A DNA stretch of 64,000 nt from positions 160,001 through 224,000 of the forward strand of contig CAVVMW010000005.1 of the NCBI GenBank assembly GCA_963749495.1. The letters run 5' to 3'. A program made the position numbers and the translations under genes. Of the stretch, positions 19,972-31,705 are shown piece after piece. Within the stretch, counting starts at the first letter, position 1. The number at the start of each line of letters is the position of its first letter. The notes beneath the pieces were generated by a model that searched no databases, had not been told where the DNA came from, and saw only the letters and a list, made by a program, of their open reading frames with translations. The stretch is from an uncultured bacterium (GTDB taxonomy: Bacteria; Verrucomicrobiota; Verrucomicrobiia; Limisphaerales; UBA8199).

Positions 19972-20289
19972 GTGTTCACGGAGCACGAGGCCGACCTGGA
20001 CGCGGAAGTCTCCGTTGACGCGCAGGCCGTGACGGTCAACAATCCCGGCGTGGAACCGACCTACACCGAGACGCAAGGCCAATACCTGGCGTTCATCTAC
20101 TACTACACCAAAATCCACGGCGTTCCCCCGGCTGAAGCCGACATGCAGCGCTACTTCAACGTGTCGGCCCCTTCGGTCCACAAGATGGTGGTTACCCTGG
20201 AGAAGCGGCGGCTCATCAGGCGCACTCCCGGCGCAAGCCGGTCGATTCAGCTTCTGCTGACTCGGGACCGACTGCCAGATTTGACGTAA
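19972..20289 (+). CDS. LexA-N/MarR-like winged-helix DNA-binding protein (possibly 5'-truncated)
   Basis: YTETQGQYLAFIYYYTKIHGVPPAEADMQRYFNVSAPSVHKMVVTLEKRRLIRRTPGASRSI. Confidence 0.75.
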   Translation: MFTEHEADLDAEVSVDAQAVTVNNPGVEPTYTETQGQYLAFIYYYTKIHGVPPAEADMQRYFNVSAPSVHKMVVTLEKRRLIRRTPGASRSIQLLLTRDRLPDLT

Positions 20290-20463
20290 ACCGCCTGGCC
20301 CGAAAGAGCGGGTACAATTCAGAGGTCTTTCGTGCCAGTTTGTGCCAGCACCTGTTTTTGCCGTGAGCCTTGCCTTTTGGCGGGGTTACGGGGAATCTAA
20401 AAAATATTTGTTGACCGGCAACCACTTGCACGGACCAAAAGACACGAAATTCCGAAGGAAATG

Positions 20464-20499
20464 AAAAAGCCGTTCCGCATCTCACGGAACGGCATTTTT
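20464..20499. terminator. Probable bidirectional intrinsic terminator
   Basis: AAAAA-GCCGTTCCG-catctca-CGGAACGGC-ATTTTT between convergent genes. Confidence 0.55.
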
Positions 20500-20766
20500 C
20501 AGCCCTGGCAATGATGGACTTGCCTAGGCCGTAAAGGGGCTGCCGCAGGCGCAATCGCGGCGCGAGACGACGGCGAGCGGCTCGCCTGAAATCCGCGCGG
20601 GTCCATCGGTTGCCGCGGCTTCCATTTAAAGTCTGGGTGAGCCTAATGCTTCTGGCCCGGGTTGTCAACGATTTTCCGCCCCATGGGCACAGAATCATCA
20701 TCGCAGAACCATTGTTGGCAAAATCATGAGAAGGAAAACGCATGTTGGATTCATCCTGCCTCCGTC

Positions 20767-23700
20767 TCACGGCTCCAGCGTGGTTCGATAGACGCGTCCG
20801 GGTGCGCACAGGCTCGCCGAATCGAGGAACAGAAACGGGCTGGCAGGGAGCGTCAGGTTCGTCAACACCTGCCAGTTGGTCCAGCCCGTCGCGGCCGAGA
20901 CGACCTCGACGAGAACCCGGCTGCCCGCCGGCTCGGGCAGCCACCAGCCGTTGAGCCAGCCGGCGGCGCTGAATCGCAACGGGTCCGCCGCGTTCAGCCG
21001 ATAGAAACGCGCGGCATCGGCGGGGTCCAGTTCCACGTAGAGTTGGGTCGTCCCGCTGGACGGGTAATTGCTCAGCGAGTGCCAGGACGCCGCGGCGCCC
21101 AATTGCCGGGTGGCTTCCAGGCTCACCGGCCCGCCGCTCCCGCCTTCCCATTTCAAGCCGATGAACGACTGGGGATCGACATTGCTGACCACGGCGGGGA
21201 TGGGCTGGCTCGTCACCTGGCCCAAGCGGTTGCTGGCGACCAGCGTGTAGAGGCCCTCCGCGGCCCGGGTGACGGACAGCAGGGTCAAGGTCGCCTGGGT
21301 TGCGCCGGAAATCGGCTGGCCGTTGAAGAACCAGAGGAGGCTTGGCGCAGGCAGACCAGCCACTTCCACACCGATCTGGCATGTCGCGCCTTCCCTCAGC
21401 AGCGCCTGTGAAGGTTGCCACAGTATCTTGGGAGCGAAAGGCAGGTGCTGGCCGCTATTCTGCGCGTTCTGGCGGAATTTGGGCCACGGACTATCCGCCA
21501 GCCCGCCGAGGCTGCTGCTCTCAAGCGCATAAAAACTGCCGTCGTTCGACCCAATATAGATGGTCCCGTCGGTTCCAATCGCCGGGGAGGCGTCCACCCA
21601 CATCCCGGTCGCGAACTCCCATTTCTCCTGGCCGGTGGCGCCGTCCAGCGCATAGACCCGCGTGTCAGACCAGCTCCCGCCGAGCCAGCCGCCCGAACCC
21701 ACATAGAGCGTGCCATCGGCCCCAAGCGCGGGAGACGAACCGACATTGCCGCCGGTGGCAAAGGCCCACTTCCGGAGGCCGGTCGTCCCGTCCAAGGCAT
21801 AGACCTTCCCGTCCTCCGACCCGACGTACACCGTGCCATCCGCTCCGATTATCGGCGAGGAGTTCACTTCACGTCCGGTCAGGAACTCCCACTCCTCCTG
21901 GCCCGTGGCGCCGTCCAGCGCATAGACCTTGTCGTCCCACGACCCGATATAGAGCGTCCCGTCGTCACCAAGCGCCGGCGAGGAAGACACTTTGCTCCCG
22001 GTCGCAAACTCCCATTTCTTTTGGCCCGTGGTTCCGTCGAGGGCATAGACCCTCCCGTCCCACGACCCGAAATAGACCGTGCCGTCGTCACCAAGCGCCG
22101 GTGAAGAACTCACCGAGTTCCCAGCCAGGAACTCCCATTTCTTTTGCCCGGTGGCGCCGTCCAAGGCGTACACTCTTTGATCCTGTGACCCGACAAAGAC
22201 CGTGCCGTCGTCCCCAATCGCCGGCGAGGAATACACAAAGGCGCCGGTCGGGAACGCCCATTTCTTATTGCCCGTAATGCCGTCCAGGGCATAGACATTG
22301 AAGTCATCCGACCCGAAATAGACCGTGCCGTCGGCCCCAATCGCCGGGCAGGAATAGACATGATTGCCGGTCGGGACCGCCCATTTCTCTTGGCCTGTGA
22401 CCGGGTCGAGCGCATAAACCCACTTGTCCAGCGAACCGATGTAGATGGTCCCGTCCTGCCCAATCCCCGCGCTGCAAGAGACTTGCCCCCAAGTCTGGAA
22501 TGCCCATTTCAGCGTGCCTGGCTTGGTCGAGAACACCGCCTCGACGCGCTTGGACCCGTCCATCATCAGCGTGAGCGGATTGTTGGTGCCCGAGGCGTCT
22601 CCTTGCCAGCCCACGAACGTGCAGCCGGCGCCGGGTGTCGCGGTCAACTGGACCGTCTGCCCGGGTGCATAAACGTCCAGCGCGGGCGCCGCCTGGATGC
22701 TGCCCATGCCGTTGGTCGTGGTGAGGGTCAACGAATAGCCTACCACCACCTGCGCCACTTGCGAGGCCGCCCCGCCCATGGAATTGCTCACCGTCACCCA
22801 GTAGTCCCCGCTGTCACTCAAGGCCGCGTTGGTCACGCTGAGGACGCTGAGGACCGCGCCGGAAACGGACTGGCCGGCGTGATACCATTGGTAGGTCAAA
22901 GGCAGGCTGCTGCTGGCCGAAACCTGGAGTGTGAAGTTCGTTCCCACCGGCACGCGGAGCCCGGCGGGCTGCTGGGTGATCTGTGGGGGGGTGTTTGTCG
23001 GGGGCGGCGGGCTAACCAGGGCCAAGTTGTGCCCACCTCCCGCCGCGATGGCAATCACACCGCTGAGACCGCTGCGCACCGTCGCCTCGCCATAATAATT
23101 GTCACCCCAGGCGACGACGGTCCCGTCCTGCTTGAGCGCCAGGCTGTGGAAGGACCCCGCCGCGATGGCGATCACCCCGCTCAAACCGCTGGGCACCGCC
23201 GTTTGGCCGGACTTATTGGCGCCCCAGGCGACGACGGTTCCGTCCTGCTTAAGCGCCAGGCTGTGTTCCTCTCCCCCCGCGACGGCAATCACCCCGCTCA
23301 GACCGGCGGGCACCGTCGCCTCGCCATAATAATTGTCACCCCAGGCGACGACCGTCCCGTCCTGCTTGACCGCCAGACTGTGCATGGCGCCTCCGGCGAT
23401 GGCGATCACTCCACTCAGATCGTTTGGCACCTTCGCCTGGCCATAATTATAATTCGGAGATCCAGATGGGCCTGGCTCACCCGCACCCCAGGCGAGAACC
23501 GTCCCGTCCTGCCTGAGCGCCAAGTTGTGGAAATATCCCGCCGCAATGCCAATCACGCCGCTGAGACCGCTGGGCACCGCTGCCTCGCCATAGTCATTGA
23601 ACCCCCACGCCACGATGGTCCCGTCCTGCGCGAGCGCCAGGCTGTGACCCGTTCCCCCAGCGATGGCAACCACTCCGCTCAGATCCTTTGGAACCGTCGT

Positions 23701-26670
23701 TTCGCCGGCCCCATTCGATCCCCACGCGACCACCGTCCCGTCTTGCCTGAGCGCCAGGCTGTGACTGTAGCCCGCTGCGACCGCAGTCACTCCGCTCAGG
23801 CCGGGGGGCACATTGGTTTGGCCGGAGGAATTGTCACCCCAGGCAACCACTGTTCCAGCAGGCCGAAGCGAGAAAACCGCGGTCACCTGCTTGAACCCGT
23901 CCATGCTCAGCGTGACGGGATTGTTGGTGCCCGAGGCGTCCCCTTGCCAGCCCAGGAACGTGTGGCCGGCGCCCGGGATGGCGGCCAACTGGACCGTTTG
24001 GCCGGGCTCATACACCTCCGGCGCCGGCGTCGCTTGGATGCTGCCACCGCCGTTGGTCGTGAGGGTCAACACGTAACCCACGACCACGTGCGCCACTTGC
24101 GAGGTCGCCACACCCACCGAATTGCTCACCGTCACCTGGTAGTCGCCGCTGTCGCTCAAGGCCGCGTTGGTCACACTGAACACATCGCTAATCGCCCCGG
24201 AAACGGGCTGGCCCGTGTGGAACCATTGATAGGCCAAAGGCCAACTGCCGCTGGCCGCGACCGAGAGCGTGAAGTTCGCTCCGAGCGGCACACGTACGCC
24301 AGCGGGCTGTTGTGTGAGCTGCGGGGCCATGTTTGTCGGGGCCGGCGCTGCGGTGAAAGCCAGCGTGCGGATGCAGATCGCCCCGGCGGCGTTGGTGGCT
24401 GAAAGCCGGAATAGGTACAAGTCGGCGACATCGGGCGTGAAAGTGGGATTGCGGACATTGGCGGCGGAGAGCGAGGCGGACGACGCGGAGGGGGCGCGGA
24501 TCAGGCGCCATTGCCAGGCCACGGCGGTTTGCGGGCTGGTATCCAGTTGGCGCAACTGCCCCACCGGCCCGAGAGCCAGGTCAATTGTGGGCGCGTCGGG
24601 GCAGGTCTTCGTTGTGCCAATCCGAATCGTGCTGTTGTAGGTGTCCGCCACATACACGTTGTCCGCGCTGTCCACTGCCACGCCGTATGGCTCGTCGAAC
24701 CGCGCCGCGCTGCCCGTGCCGTCGGCGCCGCCCCAGGTTCCCGCCAGGCCCGCCAGTGTCGTGACCATCCCGCCCGGTGTCACCTTCCGAATCGTGGAGG
24801 TGCCCATGTCGGCCACATAGACGATACCCGCGCTGTCCACGGCCACGCCGTGTGGAGCCGCGAACCGCGCCGCGCTTCCCGTGCCGTCGTTCGTGCCCGA
24901 CGTTCCCGGCAGGCCCGCCAGGGTCGTGACCACGCCGCCCGGCGTCACCTTCCTGATCGTGGAGTTCCCGGTGTCCGCTACATCCACGTTGCCCGCGCTG
25001 TCCACCGCCACGCTCTGCGGGTAGTAGAACCGCGCCGCGCTTCCCGTGCCATCGGCGCTGCCCTGGCTTCCCGCCAGGCCCGCCAGCGTCGTCACCACCC
25101 CGCCCGGCGTCACCTTCCGAATCGTGTTGTTGTCGGCGTCCGCCACGTACACGTTGCCCGCGCTGTCCACCGCCACGCCGGATGGCCCCCAAAACCGCGC
25201 CGCGCTGCCCGTGCCGTCGGCGCTGCCGCTGGTTCCCGCCAGGCCCGCCACCGTCGTCACTGCGCAGCCTGGTGTCACCTTCCGAATCGTGTTGTTCCAG
25301 GTGTCCGCCACGTACACGTTGTCCGCGCTGTCCACCGCGACCCCGCCGGGCTGCTGGAACCGCGCCGCGCTGCCCGTGCCGTCGGCGCTGCCCCAGACTC
25401 CCGCCAGGCCCGCCAGCGTCGTCACCACCCCGCCCGGCGTCACCTTCCGAACCGTGAGGTTGTAGGTGTCCGCCACATAAACGTTGCCCGCGCTGTCCAC
25501 GGCCGCGCCGTATGGAATGTAGAAGCGCGCCGCGCTGCCCGTGCCGTCCGCGCTGCCACCGATTCCGGTTAGGCCTGCCAGCGTCGTGACCACCCCGCCG
25601 GGCGTCACCTTGCGAATCGTGCAGTTGCCGTTGTCGGCCACATAGACGATGCCCGCGCTGTCCACCGCCACGCCGCATGGGCCGCTGAACCGCGCGGCGC
25701 TGCCCGTGCCGTCGGCGCTGCCAGGGCTTGCCGCCAGGCCCGCCAAGGTGCTGACTGCCCCGGCCGGCGTCACCTTCCGAATCGAGTAGTTATTGGCGTC
25801 GGCGACATAGACGTTGCCCGCGCTGTCCACCGCCACGCTCTGCGGGTAGCAGAACCGCGCCGCGCTTCCCGTGCCATCGGTGCTGCCCTGGCTTCCCGCC
25901 AGGCCCGCCAGCGTCGTCACCACCCCGCCCGGCGTCACCTTGCGAATCGTGCTGTTAACGGTGTCCGCCACATACACATTGCCCGCGCTGTCCACTGCCA
26001 CGCCGGATGGTTGGTTGAACCCGCCTGCCAGCGTCGTGACCACCCCGCCTGGTGTCACCTTCCTGATCGTGGAGTTCCCGGTGTCCGCCACGTACACGTT
26101 GTCCGCGCTGTCCACCGCGACCCCGGCTGGCTGGCTGAACCGCGCCGCGCTCCCCGGGCCGTCCGCGCTGCCGTAGCTTCCCGCCAAGCCCGCCAGCGTC
26201 GTCACCTCCCCGCCCGGTGTCACCTTCCGGATCGTGTTGTTATCGCTGTCGGCGACATAGACGTTGCCCGCGCTGTCCACCGCCACGCGCCACGGGCCGT
26301 TGAACCGCGCCGCGCCGCCCGTGCCGTCGGCGCTGCCCGAGTTTCCCGCCAGGCCCGCCAGCGTCGTGACCACGCCCCCAGGCGTCACCTTCCGAATCGT
26401 GTTGTTGCCGGAGTCCGCCACATAGACGTTGCCGGCGCTGTCCACCGCAACGCCTTGTGGAAGGTCGAACCGCGTGGCGCTGCCGGTGCCGTCAATCGCG
26501 CCCAGGCCGGCTTCCGGCGGGCCGGCCAAGGTGACGAAGGTGTATTCCTGCGCTGGGGCGTGAGTGGCCGCCGCCAGGGCCAGGCCGGCCAGGAGGAGAC
26601 TTGTGGATAAATGAGTCGCGATGCTTTTCACAATTCGGTGGAGGGTTGAGCGTTGAAAGTCCAGGCTCAT
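20767..26670 (-). CDS. Giant secreted mosaic protein: NHL repeats, PKD-like, Ig, InlB-B-like, RCC1 repeats, PQQ-like propeller, C-terminal domains
   Basis: GVAVDSAGNVYVAD..NTIRKVT (NHL); IAAG..HSLALKQDGTVVAWG (RCC1); SSPALG.DGTVY.GS.D..VYALDG (PQQ/BamB-like); PLTYQW..DSGDY.VTVSN (Ig). Confidence 0.88.
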   Translation of the reverse strand: MSLDFQRSTLHRIVKSIATHLSTSLLLAGLALAAATHAPAQEYTFVTLAGPPEAGLGAIDGTGSATRFDLPQGVAVDSAGNVYVADSGNNTIRKVTPGGVVTTLAGLAGNSGSADGTGGAARFNGPWRVAVDSAGNVYVADSDNNTIRKVTPGGEVTTLAGLAGSYGSADGPGSAARFSQPAGVAVDSADNVYVADTGNSTIRKVTPGGVVTTLAGGFNQPSGVAVDSAGNVYVADTVNSTIRKVTPGGVVTTLAGLAGSQGSTDGTGSAARFCYPQSVAVDSAGNVYVADANNYSIRKVTPAGAVSTLAGLAASPGSADGTGSAARFSGPCGVAVDSAGIVYVADNGNCTIRKVTPGGVVTTLAGLTGIGGSADGTGSAARFYIPYGAAVDSAGNVYVADTYNLTVRKVTPGGVVTTLAGLAGVWGSADGTGSAARFQQPGGVAVDSADNVYVADTWNNTIRKVTPGCAVTTVAGLAGTSGSADGTGSAARFWGPSGVAVDSAGNVYVADADNNTIRKVTPGGVVTTLAGLAGSQGSADGTGSAARFYYPQSVAVDSAGNVDVADTGNSTIRKVTPGGVVTTLAGLPGTSGTNDGTGSAARFAAPHGVAVDSAGIVYVADMGTSTIRKVTPGGMVTTLAGLAGTWGGADGTGSAARFDEPYGVAVDSADNVYVADTYNSTIRIGTTKTCPDAPTIDLALGPVGQLRQLDTSPQTAVAWQWRLIRAPSASSASLSAANVRNPTFTPDVADLYLFRLSATNAAGAICIRTLAFTAAPAPTNMAPQLTQQPAGVRVPLGANFTLSVAASGSWPLAYQWFHTGQPVSGAISDVFSVTNAALSDSGDYQVTVSNSVGVATSQVAHVVVGYVLTLTTNGGGSIQATPAPEVYEPGQTVQLAAIPGAGHTFLGWQGDASGTNNPVTLSMDGFKQVTAVFSLRPAGTVVAWGDNSSGQTNVPPGLSGVTAVAAGYSHSLALRQDGTVVAWGSNGAGETTVPKDLSGVVAIAGGTGHSLALAQDGTIVAWGFNDYGEAAVPSGLSGVIGIAAGYFHNLALRQDGTVLAWGAGEPGPSGSPNYNYGQAKVPNDLSGVIAIAGGAMHSLAVKQDGTVVAWGDNYYGEATVPAGLSGVIAVAGGEEHSLALKQDGTVVAWGANKSGQTAVPSGLSGVIAIAAGSFHSLALKQDGTVVAWGDNYYGEATVRSGLSGVIAIAAGGGHNLALVSPPPPTNTPPQITQQPAGLRVPVGTNFTLQVSASSSLPLTYQWYHAGQSVSGAVLSVLSVTNAALSDSGDYWVTVSNSMGGAASQVAQVVVGYSLTLTTTNGMGSIQAAPALDVYAPGQTVQLTATPGAGCTFVGWQGDASGTNNPLTLMMDGSKRVEAVFSTKPGTLKWAFQTWGQVSCSAGIGQDGTIYIGSLDKWVYALDPVTGQEKWAVPTGNHVYSCPAIGADGTVYFGSDDFNVYALDGITGNKKWAFPTGAFVYSSPAIGDDGTVFVGSQDQRVYALDGATGQKKWEFLAGNSVSSSPALGDDGTVYFGSWDGRVYALDGTTGQKKWEFATGSKVSSSPALGDDGTLYIGSWDDKVYALDGATGQEEWEFLTGREVNSSPIIGADGTVYVGSEDGKVYALDGTTGLRKWAFATGGNVGSSPALGADGTLYVGSGGWLGGSWSDTRVYALDGATGQEKWEFATGMWVDASPAIGTDGTIYIGSNDGSFYALESSSLGGLADSPWPKFRQNAQNSGQHLPFAPKILWQPSQALLREGATCQIGVEVAGLPAPSLLWFFNGQPISGATQATLTLLSVTRAAEGLYTLVASNRLGQVTSQPIPAVVSNVDPQSFIGLKWEGGSGGPVSLEATRQLGAAASWHSLSNYPSSGTTQLYVELDPADAARFYRLNAADPLRFSAAGWLNGWWLPEPAGSRVLVEVVSAATGWTNWQVLTNLTLPASPFLFLDSASLCAPGRVYRTTLEP

Positions 26671-26703
26671 GCTTGGTTCATGACCACTAAGGCGGGCCGC
26701 TCG

Positions 26704-29700
26704 TTAGGGCGCCGGCACGAGCCGGTAGAGCCGGGGCGGCTGGCGCCACATGGTGGTGTCGAAGTAAGGTTGCGTCGTGTTGGTCAAGGTGATCGTTTGC
26801 AACGTCACCCAGGCGTCGGTCGGGCCGAATTGGTTGATGTAATCAATCCGCAAGTTGCTGCCAACCGCCCCGGTGAGCGTGAGCTCCGTGGCCATGCTCA
26901 TGGCCAGCGATGGGATCACGGTCGGCGCGTTCGTTTGCCAGGCACGATAGAACCGATGCGGCGGCAGCGGATCGGAGACATCGAGGTAGAGTTGTGGTGT
27001 GTTGGTCAGCGTAACCGTGTGGAGGCGCTGCCAGGCCGAGCCGAGGCCAAGTGCGTCCGCATAACTCAGGTTGAACACGCTGCCAGAGGCCGGCGCTCAA
27101 GTCGAGCGCGGCGACCGTCCTTCGCGGAACGGGCGCAATCACCATCAAGGTGGTGGGATCGCTAGCGATGGCACCATAAAGGTTGGTGATGACGACAGTA
27201 TAGACGCCCGACTGCGAGGCTTGGACATTGGTCAGGACTAAGAGAGAGCCGGCGCTACCGCTTAGTGCATTGGTCCCGTCGACAAACCATTGATAACCCA
27301 GGGGCGGAGTGCCATCGGCCGATGCGTAAAGGCTGACTGTCGAACCAGTTTCTGCCGTCTGAGCTTGGGGGGACTGAGCTAGAGACGGAGCAAGCCGGCC
27401 GTAAGACACCAGGGCCAGGCTGTCAGGGAATGCCGCAGTGACCGCAATGACCCCGGTTTCCGACAGGCCTGCAGGCACTACCGCCGAGCCGAAGTCGTTG
27501 CCTCCCCAGGCGACCACCGTGCCGTCGTGTTTGAGCGCCACGTCGTGCCACCCTCCCGCGGCGATCGCCCTCACGCCGCTCAGACCCGCCGGTGCCGTCA
27601 CGTCTCCCCACTCGACAACCGTCCCGTCCTGCTTGAGGGCCAGGCTGTGATCCTCTCCCGCCGCGATGGCCACGACCCCGCGAAGACCGCTGGGCACGAT
27701 CGTGGCGGGATCGAGCAACCTCGGAAACGCGACAACGGTGCCATCTTGGTTGAGCACTAGGCTGAAAGACTCCCCGGCCGCGATGGCAATGACGCCGGTC
27801 AAGCCGCTGGGCACCGTCCCCTCGCCGTCCAGATTACTTCCCCAGGCGACGACCGTCCCGTCCTGCTTGAGGGCCAGGCTGTGCAATCGTCCCGCCGCGA
27901 TGGCCGTCACGCTGCTCAGATTGGCGGGCACCGTCACCTGGCCATAACTATTGTCGCCCCAAGCGATGACGGTGCCGTCCTGCTTGAGTGCCAGGCTGAA
28001 AGACTCCCCGGCCGCGACGGCAATCACGCCGGTCAAGCCGCTGGGCACCGTCCCCTCGCCGGCCAGATTATTATTTCCCCAGGCGACGACTGTCCCGTCC
28101 TGCTTGAGGGCCAGGCTGTGATCCTCTCCCGCCGCGAGCGCAATTGCGTCAGTGAGCGTGCCGGGCACCATCAACTGGCCACCAGTGTTGTCACCCCACG
28201 CGATGACTGTTCCGTCCTGCTTGAGCGCCAGGCTGAGAAGGTCGCCCGCCGCGAGCGCGATCACGCCGCGGAGACCGGCGGGCACCGCGCACTGGCCATT
28301 GGCATTGGCTCCCCAGGCAACGAGCGTCCCGTCCTGCGTGAGCGCCAGGCTGTGGTACTCTCCGGCGGCGATAGCCGCCACCCGCCCCAGGCCGCCGGGG
28401 ACCACCGATTGGCCGTAGTAATCGCCCTGCTCGTCCCCGTTGCTTCCCCACGCAACGACTGTTCCGTCCTGCTTGAGCGCCAGGCTGTGATCGCCTCCGG
28501 CAGCAATCGCGATGACCCCGCTCAGGCCGGAAGGCGCCGTCGCCTGACCCAGGTGGTTGCCTGTGCGATCGGCGTTGCTTCCCCACGCGACGACCGTCCC
28601 GTCCTGCTTGAGCACCAGGCTGTGAAACGCCCCGGCGGCGATGGCTGCCACGCCGCTCAGACCATCGGGCACCGTGGCTTGGCCACAGGAGTTACCATTA
28701 TAGTCAGAATTCCATCCCCAGGCGACGACCCTCCCGTCTTTGGTGAGGGCCAGGCTGTGAGCGTATCCCGCCGCGACGGCAATCACTCCCTTCAGACCGG
28801 CGGGCACCGTTGACTGGCCGTAAGTGTTGTCGCCCCACGCGACAACCGTTCCGTCCTCCTTGCACGCCAGGCTGTGAAAAGCCCCGGCGGCGACTCCAAT
28901 TACCCCGCTCACGCCGGCAGGCACCGTCGCCTCGCCATAAACACTTCTTCCCCACGCGGCGACGGAGCCGTCCTGGGCGAGCGCCAGGCTGTGATTGGCC
29001 CCACCCGCGACCGCCTTGTACCGCGTCCCCGGCGCAACCAACGGGATGACCGGAGTGCCCCAACTGACCACAGTCCCAGCCGGCAGCGCCGAGAAGAGCG
29101 CCTGCACCTGCTTGGGCGAATCCATCACTAGGCTGACGGCATTGGCGGTGCATGAAACGTCCCCCTGCCAGCACACAAAGGTGCGGCCGGCAGCGGGGGT
29201 GGCGGTCAACTGGACCGTTTGCCCCGGTTCGAAGACCTCCAGCGCGGGGGCCGCCTCGATGATGCCCACGCCATTGGTCGCGAGCCCCAACCCGTAACCT
29301 ACCATCACCTGCGCCACCTGCGAGGTCGCCCCGCCCAAGGAGTTGCTCACCGTCACCTGGTAGTCCCCGCCGTCACCAAAGGCCGCGTTGGTCACACTGA
29401 GGACGCTCAGGACCGCGCCGGAAACGGGCTGGCCGGCGTGATACCATTGGTACGTCAACGGCGGGCTGCCCTTGGCCGACACGCGAAGCGTAAAGTCGGT
29501 TCCCACTGGCACGCGGACCCCGGTGGGTTGTTCCGTGATCTGCGGCGGTCCGACTTGAGGGCCGACGTAAACCACGGCCAGGCTGCAAGACAACCCGGCC
29601 GCAATGGCAACCACCCCACTCAAACCGCTGGGCACCGCGCATTGGCCGTCCCCATTCTCTCCCCACGCGACAACTGTTCCGTCCAGCTTGAGCGCCAGGC

Positions 29701-31705
29701 TGTGCAACGCTCCCGCCGCGACGGCAGTTACGCCGCCCAGACCGTTGGGCACCGTCGCCTGGCCAAAACTATTGTCTCCCCACCCCACGACCGTCCCGTC
29801 CTGCTTGAGCGCCAGGCTGTGAAGGTATCCCGCGGCGACGCCAATCACTCCACTCAGACCGCTGGGTACCGCCGACTGGCCGGAGCTATCGTCTCCCCAC
29901 GCCACGACGGTCCCGTCTCGCCTGAGCGCCAGGTTGTGAGCGCCTCCCGCCGCGATGGCGATCACGCCACCCAGACCGTTTGGCACCGTGGTCTGGCCGG
30001 AGCTATTGTCTCCCCACGCGACGACCGTCCCGTCCTGCTTGAGCGCCAGGCTGTGATAATATCCCGCCGCGATGGCGATCACGGCGCCCAGACCGCCGGG
30101 CACTGTCGCCTGGCCGCAGTAACGCCCTAGGCTATGGGGGGAATTGGGGTCGAACACGTAGTTCCATCCCCACGCGACGACCGTTCCGTCCTGCTTGAGC
30201 GCCAGGCTGTGATACGCGCCCGCCGCGACGGCAACCACGCCGTTGAGGCCGCTGGGCACCGTCGCCTGTCCCTGGGAGTCGTTTCCCCACGCGACGACCG
30301 TTCCGTCCTGCTTGAGCGCCAGACTGTGCTCCCCGTTCACCCCGACAACATCCGCTCCCGTCGCTATGGCGATCACCGCGCTCAGACCGCCTGGCACCGG
30401 CGATGGATACCCGCCCCACGCGACGAGCGTCCCGTCCTGCTTGAGCGCCAGGTTCGGGCTCCCCGCTGCGATGGCAATCACTCCGCTCAGGCCGGTGGGC
30501 ACCGGCGGTGGAAACCAGTCCCACGCGACAACCGTCCCGTCCTGCTTGAGCGCCAGGCTGTAACTTCCCGACGCCGCGACGGCGATCACCCCGTTCAGAC
30601 CGGCGGGCACCGTTGACTGGCCCTCGGAGTTGATTCCCCACGCGACGACCGTCCCGTCCCGTTTCAGGGCCAGGCTATGCTCGTATCCCCCCGCGACGGC
30701 AATCACCCCGCTCAGACCGCTCGGCACCGTTGCTTGGCCCTCATCGTAAGCCCCGGATTGGCCAGGCCCGCCTGCCCCCCAGGCGACGACCGTCCCGTCC
30801 TGCTTGACCGCCAGGCTGTGTAACGAGCCTGCCGCGATGGCAATCACCCCGCTCAGGCCGGCCGGTGGCTTCTCCTGGACCCAGGTGTTGCCATTCCAAA
30901 TCGTGCCCCAGGCGACGACCGTCCCGTCCTGCTTGAGGGCCAGGCTGTGCTCCTCGCCCGCCGCAATGGCAATCACTCCACTCAGACCGATGGGCACCGT
31001 GCACTCGCCAAACCGGTTGTCTCCCCACGCGACGACGGTCCCGTCCTGCTTGAGCGCCAGGCTGTGATAGTCGCCCGCCGCGACGGCGATCACGCCGGTG
31101 AGGCCGCTGGGCACCGCCGCTTGGCCGTAGGTGTTGTCTCCCCACGCGACGACGGTTCCGTCCTGCCCGACTGCCAGGCTGGCGCCTCCCGCCGCGATGG
31201 CCTTGAAGCGTGTGCCGGGCAGAACCAGAGGGATCGTTGGCTCGCCCCAACTGATAACGGTTCCAGCAAGCCGTTGGGCTGGGGCAGCACACGGAAGCCA
31301 GATCGTCGAGGCCAGGAGGAATGCGAGAAGGCCGGAGGCAACTTGTGGATGAAGCGGCGGAGGCAATTTCCGGCAAGCCGTGTCATGCTGGAGTCGGGTG
31401 CGATTAAAACTGTCGGTCCGCCCACAGCGCCTTTTTGCCCCGGAGGGGCTTGCGACAATAGCCCGGCGTTTCAACGCCGGGTGGGCGGATCGGAGGAGCA
31501 GGTCCGTCCCGAAGGGACGGCTGAGAGCAACGAGTGTGCTCAGTCGTCCCTTCGGGACGAAGGTCCTTTCTGCGGCCTCCCCGGCGTTGAAACGCCGGGC
31601 TATTGTCAGATGTCCCGCCGGGACAAAACTCCCGGGCCGGATGCCGGATGCTTTTAATCCCATCCGCCGGAATCCGAGCCGTTGGTTAAAGCGTTGTATT
31701 TTCAT
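26704..31705 (-). CDS. Giant secreted RCC1-repeat/Ig protein; frameshift near 27085 separates the C-terminal domains
   Basis: Two long RCC1-repeat blocks joined by an Ig+InlB-B-like linker. The C-terminus continues in ORF 26704..27078 (..RFYRAW..RLYRLVPAP). Confidence 0.82.
31436..31625. repeat. Multi-hairpin palindromic element inside the 5' end of the RCC1 gene
   Basis: GACAATAGCCCGGCGTTTCAACGCCGGG ... CGTCCCGAAGGGACG..CGTCCCTTCGGGACG ... CCCGGCGTTGAAACGCCGGGCTATTGTC. Confidence 0.8.
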
